NCBI GenBank assembly: GCA_038087875.1
Contig: CM075990.1
Coordinates: 8,992,001 to 9,056,000 of the forward strand
DNA: 64,000 nucleotides
DNA from: Malacoraja senta
Lineage: Eukaryota
Direction of reading: 5' to 3'
In this document: one piece after another, positions 1 through 12,097 of the stretch
Layout: every line of letters begins with the position of its first letter
Position numbering within the stretch: the stretch's first letter is position 1
The notes under the pieces: generated by a model
The model's input: the letters and a program-made list of their open reading frames with translations, nothing else
Told to the model about the DNA's origin: nothing
Databases searched by the model: none
Made by a program: the position numbers and the translations under genes

Positions 1-193
1 AACTTTTCACTCCAGCTAAGTTTCCCACTTAGCTGGAGCTTTAAAACTACTTTAAAAGTACTTTAAAAGTACTTACCACAGGAGGAGCTCTGTCCTCCCA
101 CTGGTCCGTGCGCCAATGCGTCAGACGTAATGACGCGCATGTGCCCTGACAGGTCTTCTTCACGTAGTCACTCACGTGACTCCGAAGTAAAAT
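1..193. mobile_element. Terminus of a probable transposable element (possibly DIRS-like), cut by the window edge
   Basis: CpG-rich segment with a 12-bp hairpin, an 11-bp palindromic tandem repeat and a minus-strand GGTAAGTA donor-like motif. Abrupt switch to AT-rich DNA after ~190. Confidence 0.35.
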
Positions 194-2012
194 AAACATT
201 GACCATCGCTGACTCAAGTTCAGTGAATTTCCATTAGTCCCTGGTACACTTCACATCCCATAGCACCCAACAACTAATACCGGCTGCCTTATCATCTTCT
301 GTTCGAGAATTTAAAAAAACACAAATTTAGTCAGCTCCTGATTTTAAATTATTTAGTTCCTTTCTGACTATAAATAACTATGGCAGCATGATCACTGAAA
401 TTTAAAGCCCAATATTACTAACATTCATCTTATTAAGGCAGTTAATTAAACTGCTAAAAGCAAATAATGCTGATATTTCTCAATAACTGGCACCTAATGA
501 GAGAGAAACAGTTCATGTTTTTTGGGAAAGAAAGACTCCCTTTCGAGGAAAGATTCAGCAAAATGGTCCAAACCATTTTGAAAAATGTGTTTAGAAAAAT
601 ATGAGGTGATTTCACTGGGTGGGTTTATGCAGAAAGATATTGTCTTCCTAGCCTGGTCTAGAATTATATTCTTAAATTAAAAAGATGGATTCTTAGGATT
701 AAGGTGAGGAGGCATTTCTTCTGTCAAAAGTTATGACTCTTTGGAAATCTCTCCAGGTGGAGCCGTGGTCAGCATCTTCATGGGTCAGATTGCTGAACAA
801 AATGGACTCATGGCTTGTAGGCACTGGGCAGTAAAATCAAATTGAAGCAAAGGCAACTTTATTAGTCAGGTAACTAAACATGGTCAAAGAGTATTGATAG
901 TACAAAGGAAAAGTAAAGAGGCAGAAAGATTTAAGGAAATTTGAAGCTAATGGCAGATTTGCCAATGGTGGATGATTAAGTTCAGGGATAAACAAGAGGC
1001 CAGAGAGATAAAGGTGCAGACATCTTGAAGGGCTCTTGGAGAGATGACAGAGATAGAGAGATATTGTCCCAAGACAGTGCACATCCATAGGCTATTGACT
1101 GACAAATTGATCAGGATCATGTCTGGCTAAGTTTCAATTATTTCTGAGCCACAATAATGGAAAATAATTTAAAATTCTTAACTGGTACGATTTACAGCTC
1201 AAATCAGTTCCTTCTCAGATAGACTCAAAATGCTGGAGTAACTCAGCGGGACAGGCAGCATCTCTGGAGAGAAGGAATGGGTGACGTTTCGGGTCGAGAC
1301 CCTTCTTCTACCTTACATTTTACATTTCACTTTTACATTTTGTGTCTACCTTAAACAGTGTTTACTGTAGCCTTATAATGGCCTTGATTTGATTCATGCT
1401 ATTTTGTCTTTGTACGTTAATATTTTTTTCCTGCCAGTTCAGAGACTCATCTTGATAAAAAGGCTATTCGGATCATCATGTATCTGCTCTTTGACCTACC
1501 CAATTGTTTCCTTTCAATGTTTTATTGCTCACAGCACTAGAAGAATTACATATTTATGCATTTAGCCGATTTTCTCGTTGCAGGTTACAGTTCAATCTGC
1601 TTCCACTGCCCTTTGAGATCAGATTGTAATAACATCTGATGATTATTTTGCTACTTAATTAGAGAGTCCATCATTCACTTGGCAGAGAGAGTCTTAGGGA
1701 GTTGATAAGGAAGCCTGAGTTCCAACTTTCGATTGTGTCCGCAAAGTGCAAGTTTGGCCGTCAAGTAGGAGCTGTACTGTGCTCAGCCGCGACAGTCCCC
1801 ATAGACGACCAATGTATCTTCTTCACCCATCCAGTGAAGAGCCATTTCCCTGGGGTACCAGGAGAAGCCTGGGGCTCCACACATCTGTCCCCAAGTTCAA
1901 ACTCCGGAGAAACGGAGAAGACAAATCACAAACAAAATAAACCGTCAAAACTGCATTGAAAGCAGGAACTCATTGAGAGAGATTCAGACAGACACAGTCA
2001 CTGAGTCTCACA

Positions 2013-2026
2013 GTCTCCATGGCAAC
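2013..2026. promoter_or_regulatory. RFX X-box motif GTCTCCATGGCAAC
   Basis: Close match to the GTNRCC-AT-RGYAAC consensus (one mismatch) with a perfect GGCAAC half-site, in non-repetitive DNA. Confidence 0.45.
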
Positions 2027-2195
2027 CGCCAAGTCTATGCTGTTGTGAAGGATATGACAAATATCATCTTTTCCACGCAACTCAGAGGACAAATGACATT
2101 TTCTTTGAACAATGTTCACAAATCAATTTTTTTCCAAGTGCCGCTGATGTCATATTACTTCACTGGTTTAATAAAACACAATTGTAATAATCCTT

Positions 2196-2580
2196 TGTGT
2201 GTGTGTGTGTGTGTGCGTGTGAGTGTGAGTGTGTGTGTGTCTATGATTATGCTTGAAAGTCCATTTGTATAGGGTTTTGTCAAGATTTATACACATGCAC
2301 TTACAGGTATATCCTGTATACTGTGCTAATAAGTTTGAATGCAAACACATCTGTGCTTTTCTATGCTTCAGGGTTCATGTTTGTCTCTATGAGTGCATAA
2401 GTTCATGGTTTACATTTTGCCTGTGAATGTGCGTGCTTGTGTGCATGTACACGTCATGTATGATTTATGTCGCCGCATGTACTATGTAGAGCATTGTAAG
2501 TGTGTGTGCATGCACGTGCAAGTGTGTAGATGCTTTGTATATATGTATGTGTTTGTGCTTCTTGCATTGTGTCTTTGTTG
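2196..2580. repeat. (GT)n microsatellite and degenerate GT/RY-rich tract
   Basis: Visible directly in the sequence. Confidence 0.85.
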
Positions 2581-3100
2581 ATAAGGGTATCAACCTTGGA
2601 AAGTAATAAAGAAATAGCTAAACATGAAATGACAGCAGGTTAATCCTGGTCATGGTGCGTGAGTAACAGTTAAACATTGCTCTAGGATTGAATGCTGAAA
2701 GCTTAGGAAATACAAACAGTTGTAATCCCTTGTCGCGTACATGTAATTATATATCAGGTAGTGTACTGCTAGATAATGGTGGCATGTTTAATTATGGCTA
2801 TTTTTCGATTAATTTTTAACTGTACCAACCAGAGTTTCCGCAGCCAGTCACATCAATAGTTGCCTGGAGAATTGGCTGGATAAATCTTGAATGTAGCTTC
2901 TTGTAATATTATAATAGAACAGTGTGGAGGGTAATGGTTGACTGGCTGTTAGCGATTAGTTGCCATTTTTCTTTTCCCTTGCCCATAAGTTTCCATTGAT
3001 ACACCAACTGGAATTTTATTTAGCACCAAATGTTTTAACCGCATCAACATCCAGACATGAAAACCCAGACTTCCCCTGCAGTCTGTAACAGCTTACCAAC

Positions 3101-3650
3101 AGGGCGGCACGGTGGCGCAGAGATAGAGTTGCTGCCTTACAGTGCCAGGTACCCGGGCTTGATCCTAACTACAAGTGCTGACTGTACGAAGTTTGTACGT
3201 TCTCCCCATGACCTGCTTGGGTTTTCTCCAGGATCTCCGGTTTCCTCCCACACTGCAAAGACGTATGTGGGTCCTCCTGATTAAATGTTACTTTGTATGC
3301 CTTGTTGTCACCTTCCCCAGCTAACAATGATCTAATCTACATTTTCCTTGAGCTTCGTCCTCTTTGAACTCTTGTTTTCACACCTTACTCTTACATATCT
3401 TTTGTTTCAATTTCCCCGACTCACTGTCTGAAGAAGCATCACCCATTCCTTCTATCCAGAGATGCTGCCTGAGTTGCTCCAGTATTTTGTGTATATCTTA
3501 GGTATTGACTTGGTATTGGTTAATTGGCTTGATATAATTGTAAATTGTCTCTAGTGTGTAGGTTATTGCTAGTGTATGGGGTTCACTGGTTGGCGTAGAC
3601 TCAGTGGGGTGAAGGGCCTGTTTCCATGCTGTATCTCTAAACTAAAATAA
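3101..3650 (+). mobile_element. HE1/V-SINE-type SINE interrupted by a Penelope 3' fragment (~3270-3500)
   Basis: tRNA-like head ggcacggtggcgcag..., V domain gtttgtacgttctcccc...ttcctcccaca, and CR1-like tail gggcctgtttcc...ctaaactaaa. Confidence 0.8.
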
Positions 3651-5469
3651 AAGCACCAGTTTAATTTAATGTCCCAGACACTTCACAGCAGGAGGAGCCA
3701 TCAAACCAAAGGAAGAGACATTGGGCCTCGTAAAGTTGCCCCAAGGGTGTAGAGAGTGGGTGAGAAAGTGGGATAGCATAGAACTAGTGTAAAGCGGTGA
3801 TTGATGGTCGGCAGGAACTTGGTGTGTTGAAGGGCTTGTTCCATACTGTAACTCTAAACTAAATTAAAACTAAAATTGGCCAGGTCTGATACTAATAGAG
3901 AAAGTGGGTTCTATGCTGGGTTTGATAATAAGCCGTGTTCATATGACCACAAACTGTGCTCGTGCACTGCAGATGATGAGCATCATTCATTAAGACGTTG
4001 GAAGTGGTCCTCATTTCCCAGGTCTCGTCATTGACCTTGATAGTTAGGGGGCAGTTTTGTGAAGCAATCTCGATCAGAGAAAGGAATAAAACTGCAGATA
4101 CATTAAACCTGCAATAAATACAGAAAATGCTGGTAATATTCAGCAGGTCACTGTATATTATGGTAGGGTTATTTTGATTTGTGCATGTTGCACCTAAGGC
4201 CCATTACGTACATGATTCAGTGAATGAGTGGACAATGACTTGTATCTCATCCGTCGGATGATACATGAGCATGCAACGTCTGCTCATTGCAGATGATGGG
4301 CTTGAAGTTGTAGTGATCTTGGTCCTGGAAGGAAAACAATATAAGTAAACTGTTTCACCGCAAATTAGCAGAAAGCTTATTGGAGATCAGGTGCAATATT
4401 ACTATGAGATAGTAGAAAACAATTTGGGGCACTTTGGAGTCTGAAGAAAGGTCTCGACACAAAATGGCATCTATCTATGGTCTCCAGATATGCTGCCTGA
4501 CCTGCTGAGTTCCTCCAGCACATTGTGACCATCCATGTAATAACCAGCATCTGTAGTTCTTTGATTCTACACTTTGGGGCAATAACGGGATTTTGTTTGT
4601 CATCAGTTTCCACTTACTTACTTACCATGGCACATAAGGAGTCCATTCAGCCCATCACGTCCATGACAGATCCCAGCAGAGACATCCCATTATAGTATTA
4701 TCTGATCTGTTTAGAGCGCATGAAAAGCAAAGACGTTCACTGCATCTTGGTACGTGACAATAAAACATCTAAACCATCAGTCATATTCTGCTTCCTTTTG
4801 CCATTGTAGTTCTTCTCTCACATGCTCCAAATGTAAGGGCAGAATCAAAAGGCCATGCGTAGTGGTTGATGCTGCACCCTCATTTCTCTTGATATGCTGT
4901 GAAGATCATGCCCAAGGTGTGTGGATTTGCCCAAGGTGTGTGAACTTGTTGCCTTTCTTAGGCATTGATTTTAATTGATTGGAAAAAGTATTAGAGGGGA
5001 GATGAGGAACGCACAAAAAAAAATCCCCCAAAGAATGGCGGAGGTTTGCAACCCACTGCCTCAGAGGGCGGCAGAGGCAGAAACTTCCCTCACATTAAAA
5101 AAATCTATGGATCTACATTTGTAGAGCTGTTATCTGCAGGGATATGGTCCTATTGCTGTGCGGTTGGATTAAGCTGGAGATTCTTAATCAAGCAGCTGCA
5201 GAAATAATGAGCCAAATGACCTCCTTTGTATCTTAATTTTAATGATAGTCCACCGTCGTAATTACAGACCTCTTTATATCGGATTTTGGTTATAGCGGAC
5301 AATATCTGTTGTAAACAAGGCGTCCGTTCGTATCGGGAGCAAAGAACCAAGTTCGATGTTTCATGGAGTCTAGGTGGTTGAAGCAAATCTTGTCTCGGTC
5401 TATGGTTTTCTTTCCTCTTTATTGCAGGTCTTGTTTAGTGTATGTTTATGGCTGTTTTTTCCAATACAT

Positions 5470-5890
5470 TGAAACATAGAAAATAGGCCATTCGCCCTTC
5501 GAGCCAGCACCGCCATTCAATATCACCATGGCTGATCATCCAAAATCAGTACCCCGTTCCTGCTTTCTCCCCATATCTCTTGATTCCGTTAGCCCAAAGA
5601 GCTACATCTAACTTTTTCTTGAATGCATCCAATGAATTGGCCTCCAATGCCTTTTCTGTGGCGGAGAATTCCACAGATTCACAGCTCTCTGGGTGAAAAC
5701 GTTTTTGCTCATCTCAGTCCTAAATGGCCTACCCCTTATTTTTAAACTGTGACCCCTGGTTCTGGACTCCCCCAACGTCAGGAACACTTTTCCTGCATCT
5801 AGCCTGTCCAATCCCTTAAGAATATTATATGTTTCTATAAGATCCCCTCTCATCCTACTAAATTCCAGTGAATATAAGCCCAGTTGATCC
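5470..5890 (-). mobile_element. CR1 3' fragment
   Basis: MRGDLIETYNILKGLDR...FTQRAVNLWNS plus the CR1 3' UTR. Confidence 0.88.
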
Positions 5891-6603
5891 GTTGTACATA
5901 CTGTACATATATTACCCCCTTATTTGGTTAGAGCGGGCAATCAGCAACAATAGAAATCCCCTCCCCCATAATCCGTTTATAATGAGGGTTATCTGTATAC
6001 AGTTTTAACATGTGAATGTCCTTTCTGATATCATTCTGTGAAGGCAGCAACAGGATCCCTTTACAATATTAATAAATGCAAATATGCTTCAAAAAATCTT
6101 TTTTGCACAAATTCAGAATTCATTTTCAGGGCAATTGAATTCAAATGCAGGTACGTTTTAGTCACTGGGTTTTATCAAATTGTTTGGCTGGCAGATGAAT
6201 GGTTGTGAAGTTGACAAACGGGATTGTGAGAGGGAACTTAAACGGCATTGACAAAGATTAAAAATATTTTATCAAAGTTGTAAGAAAGGAAAAGAAAAAT
6301 GAAACCTGATATAAAAATGGACTGTGAGTGAAAGCTCTTTTATTTACCAATAATGAATTCCCGTTTTGACTCCCAAGGCACAGAGCAGCCTACAGCTCAA
6401 ACAAGTAAAGATTATTTCATCAGATGGAAGATAGCGGGAAGAAATAATAATTCAGTCATATCTAGGACTGTGAAGCCTATGCGATACTCACTGCTGACTC
6501 CCAGGCCTGTATTGTGTATTCCTGGTAAGTTTCAATTATCTGCGTGTGCAGTTGCTTCTTTTTCCTGATACTATACAACCCCTCTCTCATGGACATGCCT
6601 AGT

Positions 6604-7375
6604 AGAGTCATAGTCATAGTCATAGAGTGATACGCCATAGAAACAAACCCTTCGGCCCAATTTGCCCACACCGGCCAACATGTCCAAGTTTAAGTTCAAG
6701 TTTGCATTTATTGCCACTTGACCAATTAAGGTAGTTATATTTGAGTTACCATACAGCCATACTATGAGAAAAGAACACAATACACACATAAAATAAAGTT
6801 TAACATAAACATCCACCACAGTGGAATCAACATTCCTCACTGCGATGGAAGGCAATAAAGTTCAGTCATCTTCCTCCTTTGTTCACCGTGGTCGGGGCCT
6901 TGAACCCTCCGCAATTGCCATTGCTGACGGTCAAATGTCCAGGCCCTCTTGTCGGGATGATCGAAACTCCAGCATCGGGACGGATTGGACAGCTACACTA
7001 GTCCCACCTGCCCATGTTTGGTCCATATCCCTCCAAACCTGTCCTATCCATGTACTTATCTAACTGTTTCTTAAATGTTGGGAGAATCCCAGCCTCAACT
7101 ACCCCTTTGGCAGCTTGTTCCATACACCCACCACCCTTTGTGTGAAAAAGTTTTTCCCTCAGATTCCTATTATATCTTTTCCCCTTCACCTTAAACCTAT
7201 GTCCTCTGGTCCTCGATTCACCTTCTCTGGGCAAGAGACTACCCGATCTATTCTTCTCATGATTTTGTACAGCTCTATAAGATCACCCCTCATCCTCCTG
7301 CGCTCCAAGGAATAGAGTCCCAGGCTACTCAACCTCTCCCAATAGCTCAGACCCGCTAGTCCTGGCAACATCCGC
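6604..7375 (-). mobile_element. CR1 3' fragment (interrupted at 6686-6990)
   Basis: LSYWERLSSLGLYSLERRRMRGDLIELYK, followed by the CR1 3' UTR and tail repeats. Confidence 0.85.
6686..6990 (-). mobile_element. 5'-truncated Rex1-tailed element nested in a CR1 3' end
   Basis: Interrupts the CR1 sequence catgtcc|agctacactagtccc (an uninterrupted equivalent lies at ~20727). Confidence 0.68.
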
Positions 7376-7381
7376 GTACAT

Positions 7382-7852
7382 GGAACATAGAACAGTACAG
7401 CACAGGAACAGGCCTTTCAGTCCGCAATGTCTGTGCCAAACATGAGCCATGGCCAATTCTTATCCCTCAATTCCCTACATATCCAAAAGTCTCTTAAGTG
7501 CCACTATTGTATTCACCTCCATCGCCATTCCCAGGTACTCATTCCAGGCACTCACCACCCTCTGTGTAAAAAACCTGCCCTGCACAAATCCTTCAAACCT
7601 TGCCCCTCTCACCTTAAATCTACACCCTCGGGTATTTGATAGTTCCATCCTGGTTAAAAGGCTGCCTGGATTTAGAGGGTTTTAGCTACAGGGAGAGAGA
7701 GGCTGGATAGACATGGATTGTTTTCTCTGGAACGTCAGAGGCTGAGCAGAGACTTGACAGAAGTATATAAAATGATAAAAGTATATAAAATTATAGAAGT
7801 ATATAAAATTATAAAAGTATATAAAATGATCAGAGGCATGGATAGGATAGAT
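7382..7852. mobile_element. Two back-to-back CR1 fragments (minus ~7382-7660; plus ~7661-7852)
   Basis: CR1 3' end on minus. FSLERQRLSRDLTEVYKM...RGMDRID on plus. Confidence 0.75.
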
Positions 7853-8297
7853 AGCTTCACCATGCTTCACCACGACTTCCTTATTCGTGTAACCCGTGAC
7901 TCCATTCAAGCTCCTGCATGGTTTTCGAAACACATTCTGAATCTGCCCTCATGCTTCAACAGTCTCTCATCTTCATTTCCCTCGACCATCAATCACTACA
8001 ATACCCACCAGGACACACACATATAGAACACACTTCAAAATAATGATTGCCGTCCAGATTTATGAAGGAAATGGTCCCATTTTCAATCAAAATTCAACGA
8101 TTCAACCAAGATTCACCCTCTTCCGAGTGGCTGTTTTCTTTCTGTGTTTTCCGTGCAGAGTTCCTGTGCAGCGCTGCCCAGAAGCTGCTTCATAAATGGA
8201 GGAAACCTGCTGACCTTCTGCTGAAGAATTAATCGCGCAGGTTTTAGTGCAGTCCTCAGCTGCACTTAAAGGCACAGCTGTGCACTGCACTATCGGG

Positions 8298-8622
8298 CTG
8301 CACGATGGCACAGCGGTAGAGCTACTGCCTAACAGCGCCTGAGACCCGGGTTCGATCCTGACTATGGGTCCTTGTCTGTACGGAGTTTGTACGTTCTCCC
8401 CATGACCAGCATGTGTTTTCACAGAGAACTTCGTTTCCCCCCCACACTCCAAGGACATACACCTTTCTAGGTTAATTTGCTTGGTATAAAATGAATTAAA
8501 ATAAAATAAATTCTCCCCAGTGTGTGTAGGATAGTGTTGATGTGCGGGGATCGCTTGTCGGTGCGGGCTCGGTGAGCCGAAGGGTCTGTTTCCGTGCTGT
8601 ATCTCTAAATTAAACGAAACGA
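8298..8622 (+). mobile_element. HE1/V-SINE-type SINE
   Basis: A/B-box head (gggttcgatcct), V domain, CR1-like tail. Confidence 0.88.
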
Positions 8623-8649
8623 AAAAAATCTAGGTGTGGCATGGCCACT

Positions 8650-8895
8650 GCTCTGCGCAAAACTGCAAGAAATTGCAGAGTATTGTGGGTGCAGCCCATC
8701 CATTACACAAATCATTCTCCACCTTCCCCACGCCAACTCCATCAACACTTCACACTGCCTCAGGAAAATAGCCAACCTAATCTCGGAGTACTCACACCCC
8801 ATTGATTCTTCCCTTCTGGCAGGTGGAAGATACAAAAGCTTGAATGCACGCACCACCAGATTCAAGAACAGCTTCTTCCCTGCTGTTATCAACGC
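8650..8895 (+). mobile_element. Rex1/Babar-type LINE C-terminal ORF fragment
   Basis: Translates ...LLAGGRYKSLNARTTRFKNSFFPAVI, a typical C-terminus of this LINE group. Confidence 0.7.
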
Positions 8896-8927
8896 ACCTC
8901 AAATATTCGATGGATGAATTCCCAATC

Positions 8928-9685
8928 TTACAATACAATACAAACAAAATACAAATTGCCTTTATTGTCATTCAAACAGACAGAGGTTTGAACGAAATGT
9001 TGTTCCCAGCAGTCATAACACTAAAATAAACAACACACACAATTAGTACAGTTTCACACAAACATCCATCACAGTGAATCTCCAAACACCTCCTCACTGT
9101 GATGGAAGGCAAAAGTCTTATCTCTTCCCAGTTCTTTATTCTTCTCTCGTGTCGAGGCGATTGAGGCTCCTGATGTTAAAGCCCCAGGCGGGCGTTGGTA
9201 AGTCCCGCGGTCAATTAAGCCGCACTGGGCGATGTACGGCCCTGCGACGGGCTGTTTCAAACCCCTCGATCCGGGGCGGGCGAAGTTGCCGTTGCGGGAG
9301 CCCTCGGAAATCGGTCTCCCACCAGGGACCCGTGAGCTCATGATTCCACCTTCCACAGGGCCTGCGGCCGAGGTCTCCGAAGCTCCGCAATCGGGTCGCC
9401 GCCGCCGCGCCACCTCAGCCTCCGCGCCAGCCAGGTCCACGACGGTAAGGCCTCCGAGGCTCCACAATGTTAGGCCCCAGCAAACGGAGACACGACAAGG
9501 AAAAGGTCGCGTCTCCGTTCAAGGAAGTGATTAAAAAGTTAAAAGTTTCCACCACCCCCCCCCCCCACACACACATATACACAACTTAAAATAAACCGAA
9601 AACATACTCTAACAGGACGAAAAAAAAGAAAAAAAGACAGACGGACTGCAGGTGAGTCACAGCCACAAGGAGCCGCCACACCGAA
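8928..9685 (-). mobile_element. GC-rich non-autonomous element with Rex1-like 3' end
   Basis: Shared block ccttccatcacagtgagg and the tail aatgacaataaa + microsatellite. Same architecture as 19795-20670 and 37844-38565. Confidence 0.6.
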
Positions 9686-10640
9686 CACCAATCAATGCCA
9701 TGTGCAGCGGCAGGCAGTAGATAGAACTGTTGGGTGAATTTTTGTATCTTTGTCAGTGCCAAAATGATGCAACACTTTGGGTAAGAGACCCTGTGCCTAG
9801 GTTAGGTCTGCTATATGATTTTACTGGGTTGTACACAAAACATAGCATTTCACAGTACCTAGGTACATGTGATAATAATGTTCTAGGAGCAGAATTAGGC
9901 TGTTCGGCCCATCAAGTCTACCAGGCCATTCAATCATGGCTGATCTATCTTTCCCTCTCAGCCCCATTCTCCTGCCTTCGCCCCATAACCCCTGACAAGC
10001 TTACTAATATAGTAACATTGAATCATTGAATCAACTCATTCTATTGTTGCGCGCACCTCTTCAGTCACGGTGCTTTCTCTTCTCAGGACTTATGATGCCG
10101 GCCAGTCACCTATTGAAGCTTCCAACCTGAGCAGCATAACGTTACCATTTGCCTTTACTCCACTCCACACCTACAGGATAATTGCCCATCAAAGTCATTG
10201 TGACTGTTTTGCGACCATCCGGTTTAACCTCCCTTTTTTAAAATAATGTGCATGAAAAATTGACGCCGTATGGAGCTTCAAAATAAATCAAGCCCTAGAA
10301 ACTGCTGAAAGTTGTGATTGCTGGGATTTAATGGCAATGTTATGAAGCACCTTGAGTATACTTTCAAATTACTTGTAATAAATCTGGTCATGGTTATTCT
10401 TTCAATTTAAATGTTACTTTAATAAGCACATTATATCATGTGGGAGAGAGTGGGCACATTGCATCAGCAAACCTACAGAGAGAAATCTGGGGATGGACAC
10501 TAACCAGATAATTTGATTTAACAGATGATGCTTGTCCCTCACCCACTGCAACTAACAACATCCCTCTTCATGACCTCAAACTCACCAACCAATCTCACAT
10601 TCCTCCCATCTGTTCCATAATCAACCGCCAGAATCTCTCC

Positions 10641-10906
10641 GAAGATAGACACAAAATGCTGGAGTAACTCAGCAGGTCAGGCAACATCTCTGGAGAAAAG
10701 GAATAGGTGACTTTTCGGGTGGGGACCCTTCTTCAGACTCTGGTGTGAGCAGTGCTTTCAGACACCGAAGTCTGAAGAAGTGTCTCAGCCCGGAGACGTC
10801 ACCTATTCCTTTTCTCCAGAGATGCTGCCTGACCTGCTGAGTTGCTCCACCATTTTGTGTCTAACTTTGGTGTAAACCAGCATCTACAGGTGATTCCTAC
10901 GCACCT
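10641..10906. mobile_element. Fold-back (inverted pLTR pair) Penelope-derived mini-element
   Basis: Two inverted ~100-bp pLTR arms. 10-bp TSD GAATCTCTCC at 10631-10640 and 10907-10916. Confidence 0.8.
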
Positions 10907-11004
10907 GAATCTCTCCCTTTTATTCCCACTGAGCTCTAAACCTTGGTCAATTAATCTGTAAAATCAAATCTCTCCGTGATTCCCGATGCCCTTGTTTTGT
11001 TCAT

Positions 11005-11370
11005 CGTTCATATGTTCATAAGTGATAGGAGCAGAATTAGGCCATTCGGCCCATCAAGTCAACCACCATTCAACCATGGCTGATCTATCTCTCCCTCCTA
11101 ACATAATTCTCCTGCCTTCTCCCCATAACCCCTGACACCCGCACTAATACAGAATCTGTCCATCTCTGCCTTAAAAATATCCATTGACGTGGCCACCACA
11201 TGGAGGGTGTTACGTGGCAATGAATTCCACAGATTCGCCACCCTCTGACTAAAGAAATTTCTCCTCATCTCCTTCCTAAAGGAACATTTTTTAATTCTGA
11301 GGATATGACCTCTGGTCCTAGACTTTCCCACTAGTGGAAACATCCTCTACACATCCACCCTATCCAGGCA
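11005..11370 (-). mobile_element. CR1 3' fragment
   Basis: MFPLVGKSRTRGH...FFSQRVANLWNSLP...GYGEKAG. Confidence 0.88.
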
Positions 11371-11437
11371 GGATCAGGCGCATAATATTCAAGGCAATAT
11401 TATTTTTCAGGAAGAAGTTAATTGGTTAAAGATCATG

Positions 11438-11712
11438 GTTAGTTTAGTTTATTGTCACGTGTACCAAGGTACAATGAAAGGTTTTTGCCCCATGCTAACC
11501 AGTCAGTGGAAAGACTATACATGATAACAATTGAGCCATCCACAGTGTACAAATACATGATAAAGGGAACTAGGTGAATAATGTTTAGTGCAAGAAAAAG
11601 CCAGTATAGTCTGTTCAAGATAGTCCGAGGATCTGCAATGAGGTAGATAGTAGTTCAGGACGGCTCTCCAGTTATTGGCGCGATGGTTCAGTTGCCTGAT
11701 AACAGCTGTGGG
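11438..11712 (-). mobile_element. Rex1-like LINE 3' UTR fragment (related copy at ~16505-16835)
   Basis: gtgacaataaactaaac tail on the minus strand. Similar to 16505-16835. Confidence 0.55.
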
Positions 11713-11929
11713 AAGCTAGAGTTTTAGAAGTCCTAGTATTGTTTTATGAGTAGATGCAAGGAATAGGAGCCGAATTGTATTCTTCACAGAAGCATTGTTG
11801 AGGGTATTGACGTTTTTCAGAGATGCAGGAACGGATCAATAACTGTGAGTGATTACAACCCCCAGGAAACAAACACAAACAAAACTAATGCAGGCAGTCA
11901 CATCCGTCGGAACATTTCCTCGGTCCAGT

Positions 11930-12097
11930 GGTGAGAGGAGAAATTTTTGTCAGTGTCCACGGAAATAAACCCCACAAAACCTCATTCAAACAGATTATCC
12001 GGTCATTACCATATTATTCTTTTCTGAAACACTGCTGTACAAAATGTGGGTACTGCTCTCCCTTCCTTACACTTGAAAATAACTCCGTTGGTTGTAA
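11930..12097 (+). mobile_element. Old Deu-domain-like SINE remnant (host of the Penelope; continues at ~14893-14935)
   Basis: aaacagattatccggtcattaccatatt...tgctgtacaaaatg resembles the Deu-SINE (SacSINE1/AmnSINE1) core as I recall it. Similar remnants lie at ~18290-18430, ~31725-32010 and ~52740-52940. Confidence 0.5.

Noticed and set aside
1702..1959. 85-aa and 64-aa ORFs as a host exon
   Set aside because: No recognisable homology, non-ATG starts and no in-frame splice acceptor.
9069..9534. Overlapping 90-130-aa ORFs (likewise 19998-20560, 32738-33148, 37994-38462)
   Set aside because: They are by-products of GC-rich repeat interiors, open in several frames on both strands with no domain motifs.
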